NCBI GenBank assembly: GCA_049512075.1
Contig: JBEKXL010000011.1
Coordinates: 9,312-73,311, forward strand
Direction of reading: 5' to 3'
DNA length: 64,000 nt
Source: Candidatus Bathyarchaeia archaeon
GTDB lineage: Archaea; Thermoproteota; Bathyarchaeia; Bathyarchaeales; Bathycorpusculaceae
The notes under the pieces are model-generated. The model was not told the origin of the DNA. It ran no database searches and saw only the letters and a list, made by a program, of their open reading frames with translations. The stretch's first letter is position 1, and every line of letters starts with the position of its first letter. A program made the translations under genes and the position numbers. Positions 29,601 to 38,162 of this stretch are shown here, in pieces.

Positions 29601-30401
29601 ACCGGCTGGGTTGGCACCGGCTCCGTCCCGTCTAGTGGCAGTGGCACTTCTACGAATTTCACAATAACTGAGAACTCGACTATAACTTGGAACTGGATTG
29701 TGACTGCAACTGTTCAGTGGACGTTGACTGTTTTATCCGCCCACGGCAGTCCAAATCCGGCTCTTGGCGATCACCTATACAATGATAGTTCCTCCGTTAT
29801 TTGCAGCGTTTCTAGCCCTGTGGTCGAGGCAGGTGTTTCCTACACCTGCACGGGCTGGACGGGCACAGGGTCTGTCCCGTCTAGTGGCAGTGGCACTTCT
29901 ACGAATTTCACAATAACTGAGAACTCGACCATAACTTGGAACTGGCAAGTTCAGGCAGCGCCGACCATCGAAAGTTGTGACAATACAGGTGTGCAGAAAA
30001 ATGTTTTCACCTCGGACGAAACGGTCTATGTCAACGGAGCGGGCTATCCGAAAAATCAGACATTCAACATTTACGTCGTTAATGAGACAACATGGGTTGA
30101 CGGCATGGCCCTCCCTGAAAGAGTTCCAGGCACCGCGACTTCAGTGTCCTCAGACTCTTCAGGAAACATCAACACGACCATAGTATGGAACGAGCCTTTG
30201 ACGTCCGGAAACTACGATATTTTAATCGACGTCAATGGCAACGGCAAGTATGATGCCCAAGTTGACGCTTCTTACAGCATCCAGATAGTGACCGCAGCAG
30301 AATCCTTTCTGATCCCCGAATATGTCTTCGGAACCATCCTAGGCTTGGTAGGTTGCTTCGCAGCCCTAGGCGCGTTCCGAATATACAAACGCAAACGCTG
30401 A
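26667..30401 (+). CDS. Large surface protein with 13 tandem ~82-aa Cys/Trp-containing beta repeats and PEF-like anchor
   Basis: Signal peptide; repeat unit LTVxSAHxSP...C.V.SPV...CTGW.G.GSVP...ITWNW; ends IPEYVF-TM-KRKR. Confidence 0.9.
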   Translation: MKKRIAVTCLLALFIFAALMYFATVVPFSTYNNLVHAQGPWTLTVNSAHDSPTGGGTYNDNDPATSSVSSPVVEGGHSYTCTGWSGTGDFASGGSGTTAGPFAMTQGSSITWNWELTPWTLTVNSAHDSPSPSVGPHTYNDGDPVTCSVTSPVTEGSTVWTCTGWTGTGSVPSTGSGSSTGSFTITQDSTITWSWQGAPVQWTLTVSSANDSPSPSVGPHTYNDGDSVTCTVSSPVVEGGHSYTCTGWSGTGDFASGGSGTTAGPFAMTQGSSITWNWELTPWTLTVNSAHDSPSPSVGPHTYNDGDPVTCSVTSPVTEGSSIWTCTGWSGYGSVASSGTGTSVSFSIAQNSGITWTWQVFNHTLTVSSPHDSPNPSNGPHTYSDGSLVTCSVTSPVTEGSIVWTCTGWTGTGSVPSTGSGSSTSFTMAQDSSVTWNWHGALVQRTLTVYSAHGSPTPSVGSHLYDDGSSVTCSVSSPVTEGSTVWTCIGWNGTGSVPPSGSSTTVSFTITQDSSITWNWQGGAAQHTLTVSSAHDSPNPGNGPHVYSDGSYVTCNVTSPVTEGSIVWTCTGWTGSGSVPSSGSGSSVSFAIGQDSSITWNWQGSLVQHSLTVSSLHDSPNPSNGPHTYSDGSSVTCSVTSPVTESGTVWTCTGWTGSGSVPSSGSGSSVSFAIGQDSSITWNWHGNAPQHNLTVTSVHGTPSPAVGKHPYDQGDNVTCSVTSPVTENSVTYFCTGWSGSGSVPPTGSGTSVTFTILQDSSITWNWKVEWKLTVASAHGSPSPAVGDHFYNDKASVTCNVSSPVIEAGLSYTCTGLLGTGSVPSNGSGISVTFSITQNSTITWNWVVTPSVHWNLTVVSAHGNPDPAVGDHLYNDGASVPCNVTSPVVEAGVSYTCIGWTGSGFVPSSGSDTSVTFTITENSSITWNWAVSSNVRNLAVTSAHGSPSPSVGDHPYTDGSPLTCSVTSPVTEAGQVWNCTGWVGTGSVPSSGSGTSTNFTITENSTITWNWIVTATVQWTLTVLSAHGSPNPALGDHLYNDSSSVICSVSSPVVEAGVSYTCTGWTGTGSVPSSGSGTSTNFTITENSTITWNWQVQAAPTIESCDNTGVQKNVFTSDETVYVNGAGYPKNQTFNIYVVNETTWVDGMALPERVPGTATSVSSDSSGNINTTIVWNEPLTSGNYDILIDVNGNGKYDAQVDASYSIQIVTAAESFLIPEYVFGTILGLVGCFAALGAFRIYKRKR

Positions 30402-30576
30402 TGAGGCAACCCCTCTTTTGAAACGACTCAGTTTCATTTCAATGAATAATTATGGTACATGACGTTTGGAGGTCGTAGGCGCGCGCTTCTTCGTAGGGAT
30501 ATCTCTATATGGCTCATTGAAGTTCTATCAACGGCAGAAAGGTTTTCAAATGTTCTAAAGGGAGCGAATCCAACAG

Positions 30577-31584
30577 ATGTCGGTTCAGAGGAAAGTTGTG
30601 GAAGCTCTGATGAAACCTGAAGCTTATGAAGAACAACCGGGTAAAATTGAAATGACCCAGACCCACATATCCTTCGTCTTTCTAACTAGTAAATTTGTGT
30701 ATAAAGTGAAGAAGGCTGTGGATCTCGGATTTCTGGACTTCACGACCCTCGAAAAGCGGCAGTTCTTCTGCAAAAAAGAGCTAGAGCTCAACAAACGACT
30801 GTGCAGAGGTATGTACCTTGAGGTTGTTCCCATCAACAGATCAAACATGATCAAGATTAAGGGCGAAGGAGAAACTGTCGAATATGCTGTGAAGATGAAG
30901 AGAATGCCTCAGGAAAAGATGATGAACAAGCTACTCGAAGAGAATAAAGTGGATAATGAGCTTGTTGACAGAATAGCGAAGATTATCGCTGGATTCCATT
31001 CAAAGGCGGAAACGAACAAGAGGATAAGCGAGTTCGGCTCCTTAGTAATAATCGAAACCAATTGGAAAGAGAATTTCGAACAGACTTGGAGGTTTGTGGG
31101 CAGAACGATATCACTGAAGGATTTCAAGTTAGTTCGTGAAAGAGTCGATGATTTCATTAAGAGGACTGCGTCCTTTTTTCAGAAAAGGGCTGAGGAGGGC
31201 CGAATCAGAGATTGCCACGGGGACATCCATTCGGGCAACATCTTTGTAGCAGACAGAATTTACATTTTCGATGCGATAGAATTCAACGAAAGATTTAGGT
31301 ATTCTGATGTTGCCTCGGACATCGCCTTCTTAGCCATGGACTTAGATTTCAAAGGACGAACCGACCTGTCGAACTTCCTCGTCAAGAGATATGTCAAATA
31401 TTCTGGAGACCGAGAGTTGACAAAGATTCTTCCTTTCTACAAATGCTACCGAGCTTACGTGCGAGGAAAAGTTGCCAATTTCAAACTTGAAGACCCAGAT
31501 GTAAGTGGCGAGGAAAAGAAGGTAATGATGAAAGAAGCAAAAACATACTTTAAACTAGCCTCCACCTATGCGAAGACTTTTTAG
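30577..31584 (+). CDS. APH/kinase-like protein (N-terminal half of the bacterial APH-like + AAA_33 fusion family)
   Basis: THISFVFL, YKVKKAVDLGFLDF, CHGDIH, FDAIEFNERFR, YRAYVRGKV. Confidence 0.88.
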   Translation: MSVQRKVVEALMKPEAYEEQPGKIEMTQTHISFVFLTSKFVYKVKKAVDLGFLDFTTLEKRQFFCKKELELNKRLCRGMYLEVVPINRSNMIKIKGEGETVEYAVKMKRMPQEKMMNKLLEENKVDNELVDRIAKIIAGFHSKAETNKRISEFGSLVIIETNWKENFEQTWRFVGRTISLKDFKLVRERVDDFIKRTASFFQKRAEEGRIRDCHGDIHSGNIFVADRIYIFDAIEFNERFRYSDVASDIAFLAMDLDFKGRTDLSNFLVKRYVKYSGDRELTKILPFYKCYRAYVRGKVANFKLEDPDVSGEEKKVMMKEAKTYFKLASTYAKTF

Positions 31585-31789
31585 TCACCTGAAGAAATGC
31601 GTGCGCGAGAGCAAGCTGTTGGACTACCCCCTATACTGCCTCCACACAAGCGCGCGCTGGATGATGCATTGATGGAGCGAGACGATGGCGATCGTGCCTG
31701 TTGTGAAAAACGCCGATGTTGGCCTCGCTGTTCAAGCGCGCGCAGTCTGAAAGCGACCTGGATTGCAGGAATGGGCGCACGGAAGAAGT

Positions 31790-32662
31790 TCACTTAAAGC
31801 TGAATTGCTCAGCTACGTATTCGGGGATTTTCACCGTTCCCATGAGTATTGGCTTTTGATGGCAATCGCTTCCTCCAGTCATGATTAGTCCATGTTTTTT
31901 TGCAAACTTTACATAATGATTCGTTGTTAGAGCGTCATTTCTAGAGTGCCAACACTCTACGCCATCAATGTATCCTAGAAACGACTCTTCTACTATCTCT
32001 GTCTGTTTGCGCAGAGATTTAGTCAGGGTCACAAGTGAGGTTCCGTGAGGATCGTTAGGATGAGCCAAAACTGTTATTCCTCCAGCATTCCTCAGCAGTC
32101 TCGAAGCCTCTTCAACGTAAAGAGGATATTTTGGAACATCACATTTCACAAGATACTTATCAAAGGCTTCTTGTTTGGTTCCAACAATTCTCTTTCTCAC
32201 CAAATAGTCTGCTATGTGAGGCCGCCCAAGTACTCCGTCAACCGAATCTTGAATCTCCCTCAAATCATTCTTCGTTAACTTTTCAATTCCTTCTTTTTCA
32301 AATTCTGCATTAATATTGTCCAAGATCTTTGCAGCCCTATCCTCACGGTATTGAGCGGTTTCTCGAAGTTTGTTCCTTAACTCCTTATTCTTTACGTCAA
32401 ATTGATAACCTAGGAAATCCAGCGATATTGACTTGCCTTCGTTATAACTGCGGTGCGAGAAGGTTACATTCAATTCAACTCCAGCAACGTAATGGATACC
32501 ATTTTTCTTTGTCAAAGCTATGGCTTTCTCTTGACAGCTGATCGAGTCATGATCTGTAATCGACATTAACCCAATGTCTCTGATTCTAGCTTCCTTAACA
32601 AGTTCTTCAATAGTCAAGTTTCCATCAGAGCTCTTCGAATGAATATGCAAATCTATTACCAT
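31790..32662 (-). CDS. PHP-domain phosphoesterase
   Basis: DLHIHS..SDG, ITDHD, GRPHIA, LAHP, GGSDCH. Confidence 0.92.
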   Translation of the reverse strand: MVIDLHIHSKSSDGNLTIEELVKEARIRDIGLMSITDHDSISCQEKAIALTKKNGIHYVAGVELNVTFSHRSYNEGKSISLDFLGYQFDVKNKELRNKLRETAQYREDRAAKILDNINAEFEKEGIEKLTKNDLREIQDSVDGVLGRPHIADYLVRKRIVGTKQEAFDKYLVKCDVPKYPLYVEEASRLLRNAGGITVLAHPNDPHGTSLVTLTKSLRKQTEIVEESFLGYIDGVECWHSRNDALTTNHYVKFAKKHGLIMTGGSDCHQKPILMGTVKIPEYVAEQFSFK

Positions 32663-32676
32663 AAAACGGGGGCCAG

Positions 32677-33279
32677 CTACCTTCTATCTATCCCGATTAT
32701 GTACCAGTCCTCGGGACGGTCATACTCAGTGTCGACTGTTAAGTGTAATATTTGGAGTTCCGGAAATCTCTCTTTCAGATCATCCAAGTCAATCGCCTCA
32801 AACCTCTTTTTGTTGTTAAGATAGGCTTCCCTAGTTAGAGCGTTTGACTGGTAGTTCTCTTTGGTTCTTCTCAAAATCCTCGCAATTGAAACTTCTTCAG
32901 AGCAGTGAGTCTGAAATATGACAAAAGTCATCTTGTATTTTGCAGCAATCGCAGCAGCACGTCTTCGTAGTTCTTGCGTTACAAAAGTCGCATCCAATAT
33001 TACGCCTCTATCCTTCCGTACGAGATCTTCTGCTCGGCGAAACGTCTCATCATAGACAAGCTCTCGTTTGCCCATATTTGACGCAACTTTTTCGTCGAAA
33101 ATGTCCTCATTCTTGAGAACCTCCAGTCGAATCAAATCGGTTCGAAGGATTGGATATCCCTTGATTTTTGAGATCTCCTCTGAGGACTCTGTTTTCCAGG
33201 TTCCTGGAAGTCCACATGTAATCAGCAGAGTTGTGGGCTCTAACTCAGCCTTAACAAACTCGGCAAAAGGTTCTCTCAA
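32677..33279 (-). CDS. AAA_33-type P-loop kinase
   Basis: CGLPGTWKT, LRTDLIR, VILDATF. Confidence 0.85.
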   Translation of the reverse strand: MREPFAEFVKAELEPTTLLITCGLPGTWKTESSEEISKIKGYPILRTDLIRLEVLKNEDIFDEKVASNMGKRELVYDETFRRAEDLVRKDRGVILDATFVTQELRRRAAAIAAKYKMTFVIFQTHCSEEVSIARILRRTKENYQSNALTREAYLNNKKRFEAIDLDDLKERFPELQILHLTVDTEYDRPEDWYIIGIDRR

Positions 33280-33584
33280 CCTGACATACTCTCACAAGTA
33301 GATTTAGCAGGGCAAAATTAAACCTTTGCGGCAAGAAATGGTGGTGACCTGTATGAACCCCGCGCGCGCTTTCGCCATCAGGTCTTTCGTGAGTAGCCAG
33401 GTCAGAACGCGCTTCGGATTTCGGCTGAGTGTTTTGGTTGACTATAGTTTTTCCAACTAAAGCGTATACTCGATTTCGATAACATCTATCTATAGTAGAT
33501 TATGGTATCCTTCCTGTTCCATTAATGTCCATAGATGTATCCTGAATCGGGTATACAGTCTTCAGCCGTCCTTCAGAAGGCCTA

Positions 33585-33825
33585 TGGTTGTCCTTTTCCC
33601 CGTCCGTCGTGGTTGTCGTGGTTCGTGGTCGTCGTCGTGGTCGTCCGTCGTCCGTGTTTATTTTTTTTGGTTTTCGTCGTCCGTCCTTTGGTTGGTTGGA
33701 TAAAACTTTATCCTTTCTCTCTCTAACTTTCTAACTCACTAACTAACTCTCTATACCTACCTCTCTCTGTAAGACACAGATAGACAAACAAACACAGACA
33801 GACAAACAGACAGACAAACAAACAG
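33585..33825. repeat. Low-complexity block of successive A-poor, G-free and T-free tracts
   Basis: (CGT/GGT)n, then (CT/AACT)n, then (ACAG/ACAA)n, directly visible. Confidence 0.9.
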
Positions 33826-33847
33826 TTTTGGTTTTGCGGAAAAGTTA
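33823..33847 (+). promoter_or_regulatory. Repeated leader/promoter (BRE-TATA-like) of the GNAT genes, copy 1
   Basis: cagttttggttttgcggaaaagttat is repeated at 34535-34561. Confidence 0.7.
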
Positions 33848-33887
33848 TTAACTGAGACAAAAATGACTGTCGTTATGGTGAATTGAG

Positions 33888-34469
33888 TTGCTTGAAGGCA
33901 AACCCATGAAGAATGTGGAAAGGAAATCACTTATCGGTGAAAGGGTCTTTCTCAGACCTTTCAGCAAAGATGACCTGCCTCACATTCAGAAGTGGTCCAA
34001 TGACGCTGAACTTAGAAGACTGATAGGCGAAGTTGCGCCGATGAGTCGAGCGGACACAGAAAAATGGTATAGAGAACTGCTGGCTGATGAGGATCGGGTT
34101 TGGTTTGCGATTGTTCTTAAGAAGGGTGACCGAGTGATAGGAGAGGCTGGATTGTTGAGAATGTTCAGACCTTGGCGAAGTACGGACATGACCATAATAA
34201 TCGGGGAGAAAGATGAATGGGGAAAAGGATACGGAACTGAGGTGGGTCATCTACTCCTTCACTATGCTTTTGGACAACTGGGGTTTCACAGAATTTCGAT
34301 AGGCGTGGTCGGTTTCAACAAGAGGGCACTGAGATTTTGGGAAAGTCTAGGCTTCAAGAAGGAAGGCGTCGAGAGAGATGCGCATTACTATGACAACGAA
34401 TACAGCGACGGCATCATGATGAGCATTCTTGAGAACGAATTCAGAAAAAGCACAGAAGATACGAGATGA
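33888..34469 (+). CDS. GNAT N-acetyltransferase (RimJ/RimL-like)
   Basis: GERVFLRP, EWGKGYGTE, N.RALRFWESLGFKKEG. Confidence 0.92.
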   Translation: MLEGKPMKNVERKSLIGERVFLRPFSKDDLPHIQKWSNDAELRRLIGEVAPMSRADTEKWYRELLADEDRVWFAIVLKKGDRVIGEAGLLRMFRPWRSTDMTIIIGEKDEWGKGYGTEVGHLLLHYAFGQLGFHRISIGVVGFNKRALRFWESLGFKKEGVERDAHYYDNEYSDGIMMSILENEFRKSTEDTR

Positions 34470-34599
34470 CCAGATTTGACGCAAGCAAATTGATTAATAT
34501 CGAATAGAGGATTCGTTTATCAGTCCTTTTGAGCCAGTTTTTGGTTTTGCGGAAAAGTTATAGCCACACCGAATCAGACTGCTAGGTTGGTGAATCGGC

Positions 34600-35124
34600 T
34601 TGCTTGAAGGCAAGAATGTGAACCTTAGAATAGTGGAGAAGGAAGACCTACCGTTGCTACACGAATGGGACAACAATCCCGATTTTAGGGGAGAGTTGGA
34701 ACAACTCAGAGAAGAGACGAAAACCGATTTGGAGAAACTTTACGACAATCTAACGGATTCTCAGTGGTTCTTTATAGAGAAGAAGGACGGAACAAAGATT
34801 GGAAACATAGCTCACCTTTTGTCGGCAGGAGAGGTAGAGGTCGGATACTTTGTCGTGCCTAATGAACGAAAAAAAGGCTATGCTAGTGAAGCCATCATGA
34901 TAATGGTTGACTACCTGTTTCTCTCAAAAGACTTAGAGAGAATCCAAGCAAAAGCTGACCCAGAAAACATTGCATCTTGCAAAGCTCTTGAGAAAGCAGG
35001 ATTCAAGAGAGAAGGAATCCTAAGAAAAACCTTCTTCTGCAGAGGAAAATGGAAAGATGACTGCATGTTCAGCATTCTCAGAGAAGAATGGAAAGAACCA
35101 AAAATACTAACAAAAACCGCTTGA
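34600..35124 (+). CDS. GNAT N-acetyltransferase (RimJ/RimL-like)
   Basis: GKNVNLRIVEKEDL, RKKGYASEA, NIASCKALEKAGFKREG. Confidence 0.92.
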   Translation: MLEGKNVNLRIVEKEDLPLLHEWDNNPDFRGELEQLREETKTDLEKLYDNLTDSQWFFIEKKDGTKIGNIAHLLSAGEVEVGYFVVPNERKKGYASEAIMIMVDYLFLSKDLERIQAKADPENIASCKALEKAGFKREGILRKTFFCRGKWKDDCMFSILREEWKEPKILTKTA

Positions 35125-35303
35125 AGCACGGATTAGCTAGAGTCTTTCTGTTCTACGCTTTCGACATATTCTTTATGAGCCAGTTTGACCACGATGTTTA
35201 TTGGAGATATCTATGTCAGTCGGGAATACGGGAGAAGACCTTATGATTAGTTGGCTATTTGGCAAACTTGATATACCACACAAAACAAATGGAGTGTGGT
35301 TGA

Positions 35304-36449
35304 ATGGAATTGAGTGTTCAAGAGTTTCTGGATTCAGTTTCGAATCCAAACACGAAAAAAGAGTACAGGCATGGACTGAACAAGTTCTGTCAATGGTTCG
35401 GAAAGACAGCAGAGGAAATCCTTGAGCTGAGAAAAGACGACCTGACCCAAAGGGCAGGCGAAAACCTGATTGAATACCGGAACAGAGCTGCAAGATTTGA
35501 GAAGGAAATAGAAAAGTTTCATGGTTATCTCTTGACACAGAAATGCAGCATCAATACGGCAAGGACACAGACCTTAGGAATAAGGCAGCTTTTCCGATTC
35601 TACGAAATGCCCATAAGGTTCAGAGCAGGCAGCAAAGTGTCCAAGACCGTTAAGACTACCAAGAACTTCCCACTGACAATCGAGCACGTAAGAGCTATGT
35701 TCCAAGTTGGAGACCTGCGAGAACGACTGGTCTTAAGCGTAGCTACAGATCTGGGACTAAGAATAAGCGACTTCATACAGTTCAAGAAAGCTGATATACC
35801 ACCACTAAGCCAAGAACCGCCGATTGCGTTTGACACTATGACCGGCAAAGAAGATGTCGTAGCTCATGGGTTCCTAAGCAAAGAAACTGTTGATCTGTTG
35901 AAGGTCTATTTGCCCACGTTGGAGAAAAAGAATGGAAACCCTTACCTGTTCCCCTCAAATGGCGAAAGCCACATTTCAGATGAATGGCTAAACCGACTAC
36001 TGCAAAGGCTGGCTGAGAAGGCCAAGATCGACGTGAAGGGCAAGAGCTTATCATTTCATTGTTTCAGAAAGATGCTTCTCTCCGCAGCTATAGATTCGGG
36101 AATAGGATTGACGGCGGGAAAGAAGCTCTGCGGAAAAGCCATAGCCCAGTCTGACGACACGTATTTGACGACTGTTAATCTCAGACAGAAGTTTATCCAG
36201 TTAAAGAAGTTCCTGACCATAGGTGAGCAGCCAAGAGTGGAAGCTGAAAAAGTCGAATCCCTAAAGAGCGCCATAAACAAGCTTCAAGAAGAACTGACGC
36301 AGCAGAAACTGATAACCGACACCATCTCTGAAGGAAACATCACAATCAAAAACGAGAACACGGATTTGAAGGGGAGAATCATAAAGACAGAACAGAGGCT
36401 TGCAGAGTTGGAAAAGCTGACCAGGCAAGCGTTAGAACAAACAAGCTAA
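35304..36449 (+). CDS. Tyrosine recombinase/integrase with C-terminal coiled coil
   Basis: LGLRISD (Arg), YLFPS, FHCFRK (HxxR), LCGK (Lys in place of His-II), DDTY (Tyr). Confidence 0.9.
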   Translation: MELSVQEFLDSVSNPNTKKEYRHGLNKFCQWFGKTAEEILELRKDDLTQRAGENLIEYRNRAARFEKEIEKFHGYLLTQKCSINTARTQTLGIRQLFRFYEMPIRFRAGSKVSKTVKTTKNFPLTIEHVRAMFQVGDLRERLVLSVATDLGLRISDFIQFKKADIPPLSQEPPIAFDTMTGKEDVVAHGFLSKETVDLLKVYLPTLEKKNGNPYLFPSNGESHISDEWLNRLLQRLAEKAKIDVKGKSLSFHCFRKMLLSAAIDSGIGLTAGKKLCGKAIAQSDDTYLTTVNLRQKFIQLKKFLTIGEQPRVEAEKVESLKSAINKLQEELTQQKLITDTISEGNITIKNENTDLKGRIIKTEQRLAELEKLTRQALEQTS

Positions 36450-36579
36450 AGCCTAACTTCCTCTTTTTTTCCTCGTCTCTCTCTGGAATATTTCAAACAC
36501 AGGTATGCTTAACATATGCGCGCGCTCAAAATCATATATAATAGTTGCAGGTTAGCTAGCAATTAGCAGGTGAGTTGTC

Positions 36580-37011
36580 ATGTCAGAAAAAGATCTTAAG
36601 GCGCTTACGCGTCGGATGTATGAGGAGTGGAACAAGGGGAAGGCGGCCACCATAGCCGACATAGACGAGACATATGCCTCTAACTACGTCTTTCACAGTA
36701 GCATGGGCAGTGATATACGCGGCCTCAAAGACTTCAAACAATTTATGAGCGCGTATTATGACGCGTTTGCTGACATTTGTTGGACCTTGGGTGACGTGGT
36801 TGTCGAAGGGGACAAGGTAGCCGTACGCTGGATAATGACTGGCACACACAAAGGTGAATTGATGGGTATCCCCCCTACCAATAAGAAGGTGACGATGTGG
36901 GGGATCGAGATCGACCGCGTTGCTGGCGGCAAGTTGGTTGAAGGCTGGGCAAGGTTTGACACTATGGGCTTGATGCAGCAACTTGGAGCTATACCTACGC
37001 CCAAGAAGTGA
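36580..37011 (+). CDS. SnoaL-like ester cyclase family protein
   Basis: VVEGDKVAVRW..TGTHKGELMGIPPTNKKV...GLMQQLG. Confidence 0.92.
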   Translation: MSEKDLKALTRRMYEEWNKGKAATIADIDETYASNYVFHSSMGSDIRGLKDFKQFMSAYYDAFADICWTLGDVVVEGDKVAVRWIMTGTHKGELMGIPPTNKKVTMWGIEIDRVAGGKLVEGWARFDTMGLMQQLGAIPTPKK

Positions 37012-37314
37012 ACATAACCTCAACAAATCCTTTTCATCTTTCCCCTCTTTTTCTGTTCGTTGTTCCTAGGCGCGCTCTCTAGTTTGTCTAAATGGTTATA
37101 GCGCGCGCGCTAAGGCTTTTAGGGCTAATCGTCATGCTGTTTAGTTTGAAGTTCTAGGCCTTGTTACAAATTGATGTAAGGCTTAGCGCACGCTAAAATG
37201 ACACGTGGATGCGCGCGCACACGCACTAAAAGCAATTAAAAAATTCAAAATGATGCTAATCCTGATAAAAGCATGAGGAGCATTGAAGAAGCAAGCAATT
37301 ATTCCGCGCGCTAA

Positions 37315-37455
37315 GAAGAACTGACACAGCAGAAGACGATTACAGAAACAATCTCCGAGAAGAATATCGATTTGAACCAGAGAATAGGTGAGACTGAACA
37401 CAAGCTTGCAGAGCTGGAGAAGCTTATCAGAAAGACCTTGAACGAAACGAGTTGA
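37315..37455 (+). pseudogene. Diverged copy of the integrase C-terminal tail
   Basis: EELTQQKTITETISEKNIDLNQRIGETEHKLAELEKLIRKTLNETS*, compared with EELTQQKLITDTISE...DLKGRIIKTEQRLAELEKLTRQALEQTS*. Starts just after CGCGCGC at 37305-37311. Confidence 0.85.
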
Positions 37456-37645
37456 AAGCTGCGAGCGAGGGACCTTTGTCACGGTTTATGCCAGGATCTA
37501 TGCTCACATATTGAAAAACGATGAATATCCACATGTAGATACCAGAGTGTATCTATGCGCGGGCTACCGGGGTTCGGCTAACGTTTCAACCGATCCATAA
37601 ACTGCCTGAGAAACTGCGCTTGAATTTGACTGAAAGCGCGCGCGC

Positions 37646-37967
37646 CCCGGCGGCCATAAGAAACCTTCGCTACAAGAAACAGCTAGCAATCAGAGCACAC
37701 GACGAAACCAAAGCTCTGTTTCTACAAAGAAACGAGTTAACCAACTTGGTGAAGAACCTTCAGGGACAGAAAAGAGTCCTAGGTTACCAGGTGGACTATC
37801 TTAAGACTGAGAAGGAAAGGCTTGAAGCAGCCATCGCGACAGATAAGACTTGTCTGGAGCAAACTCTGGCTCAAGCATTGATAAACCTAAAGATACAGAG
37901 GCCAGACTTGTTCACTTTGTCCGGTCCAGAGCAAATAGCCATGCTGTTAAAAGTAATTTTGAAATGA
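37646..37967 (+). pseudogene. Coiled-coil protein C-terminal fragment bracketed by (GC)n tracts
   Basis: Heptad-rich ORF with no good start; GC tracts at 37636-37645 and 37972-37979. Confidence 0.5.
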
Positions 37968-38162
37968 GCGAGCGCGCGCTGAATCACTAGTTGGAGCATC
38001 CATTTTGCTTATGCATTTTCTTTTTTAAAAAAGCGCGTGCTAGGCTCTGAGATGGATGACTGAAGAGAAGAAGAGGAGCTTAGTCGCCCCAGAGCAGGAG
38101 AGCTGGGTTGATCCTCAATTTTTAAAATAGAAAAAAGGTTTGGTTGGTTTTGATACCGTTTT

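Noticed and set aside
33535-33726. 63-aa ORF with poly-Val
   Set aside because: It is a translation of the A-free low-complexity tract and has no protein-like features.
33585-33825. Possible CRISPR array or DGR template repeat
   Set aside because: No constant 25-40 nt repeat with unique spacers, no cas or reverse transcriptase gene, and no adenine-variant partner repeat seen.
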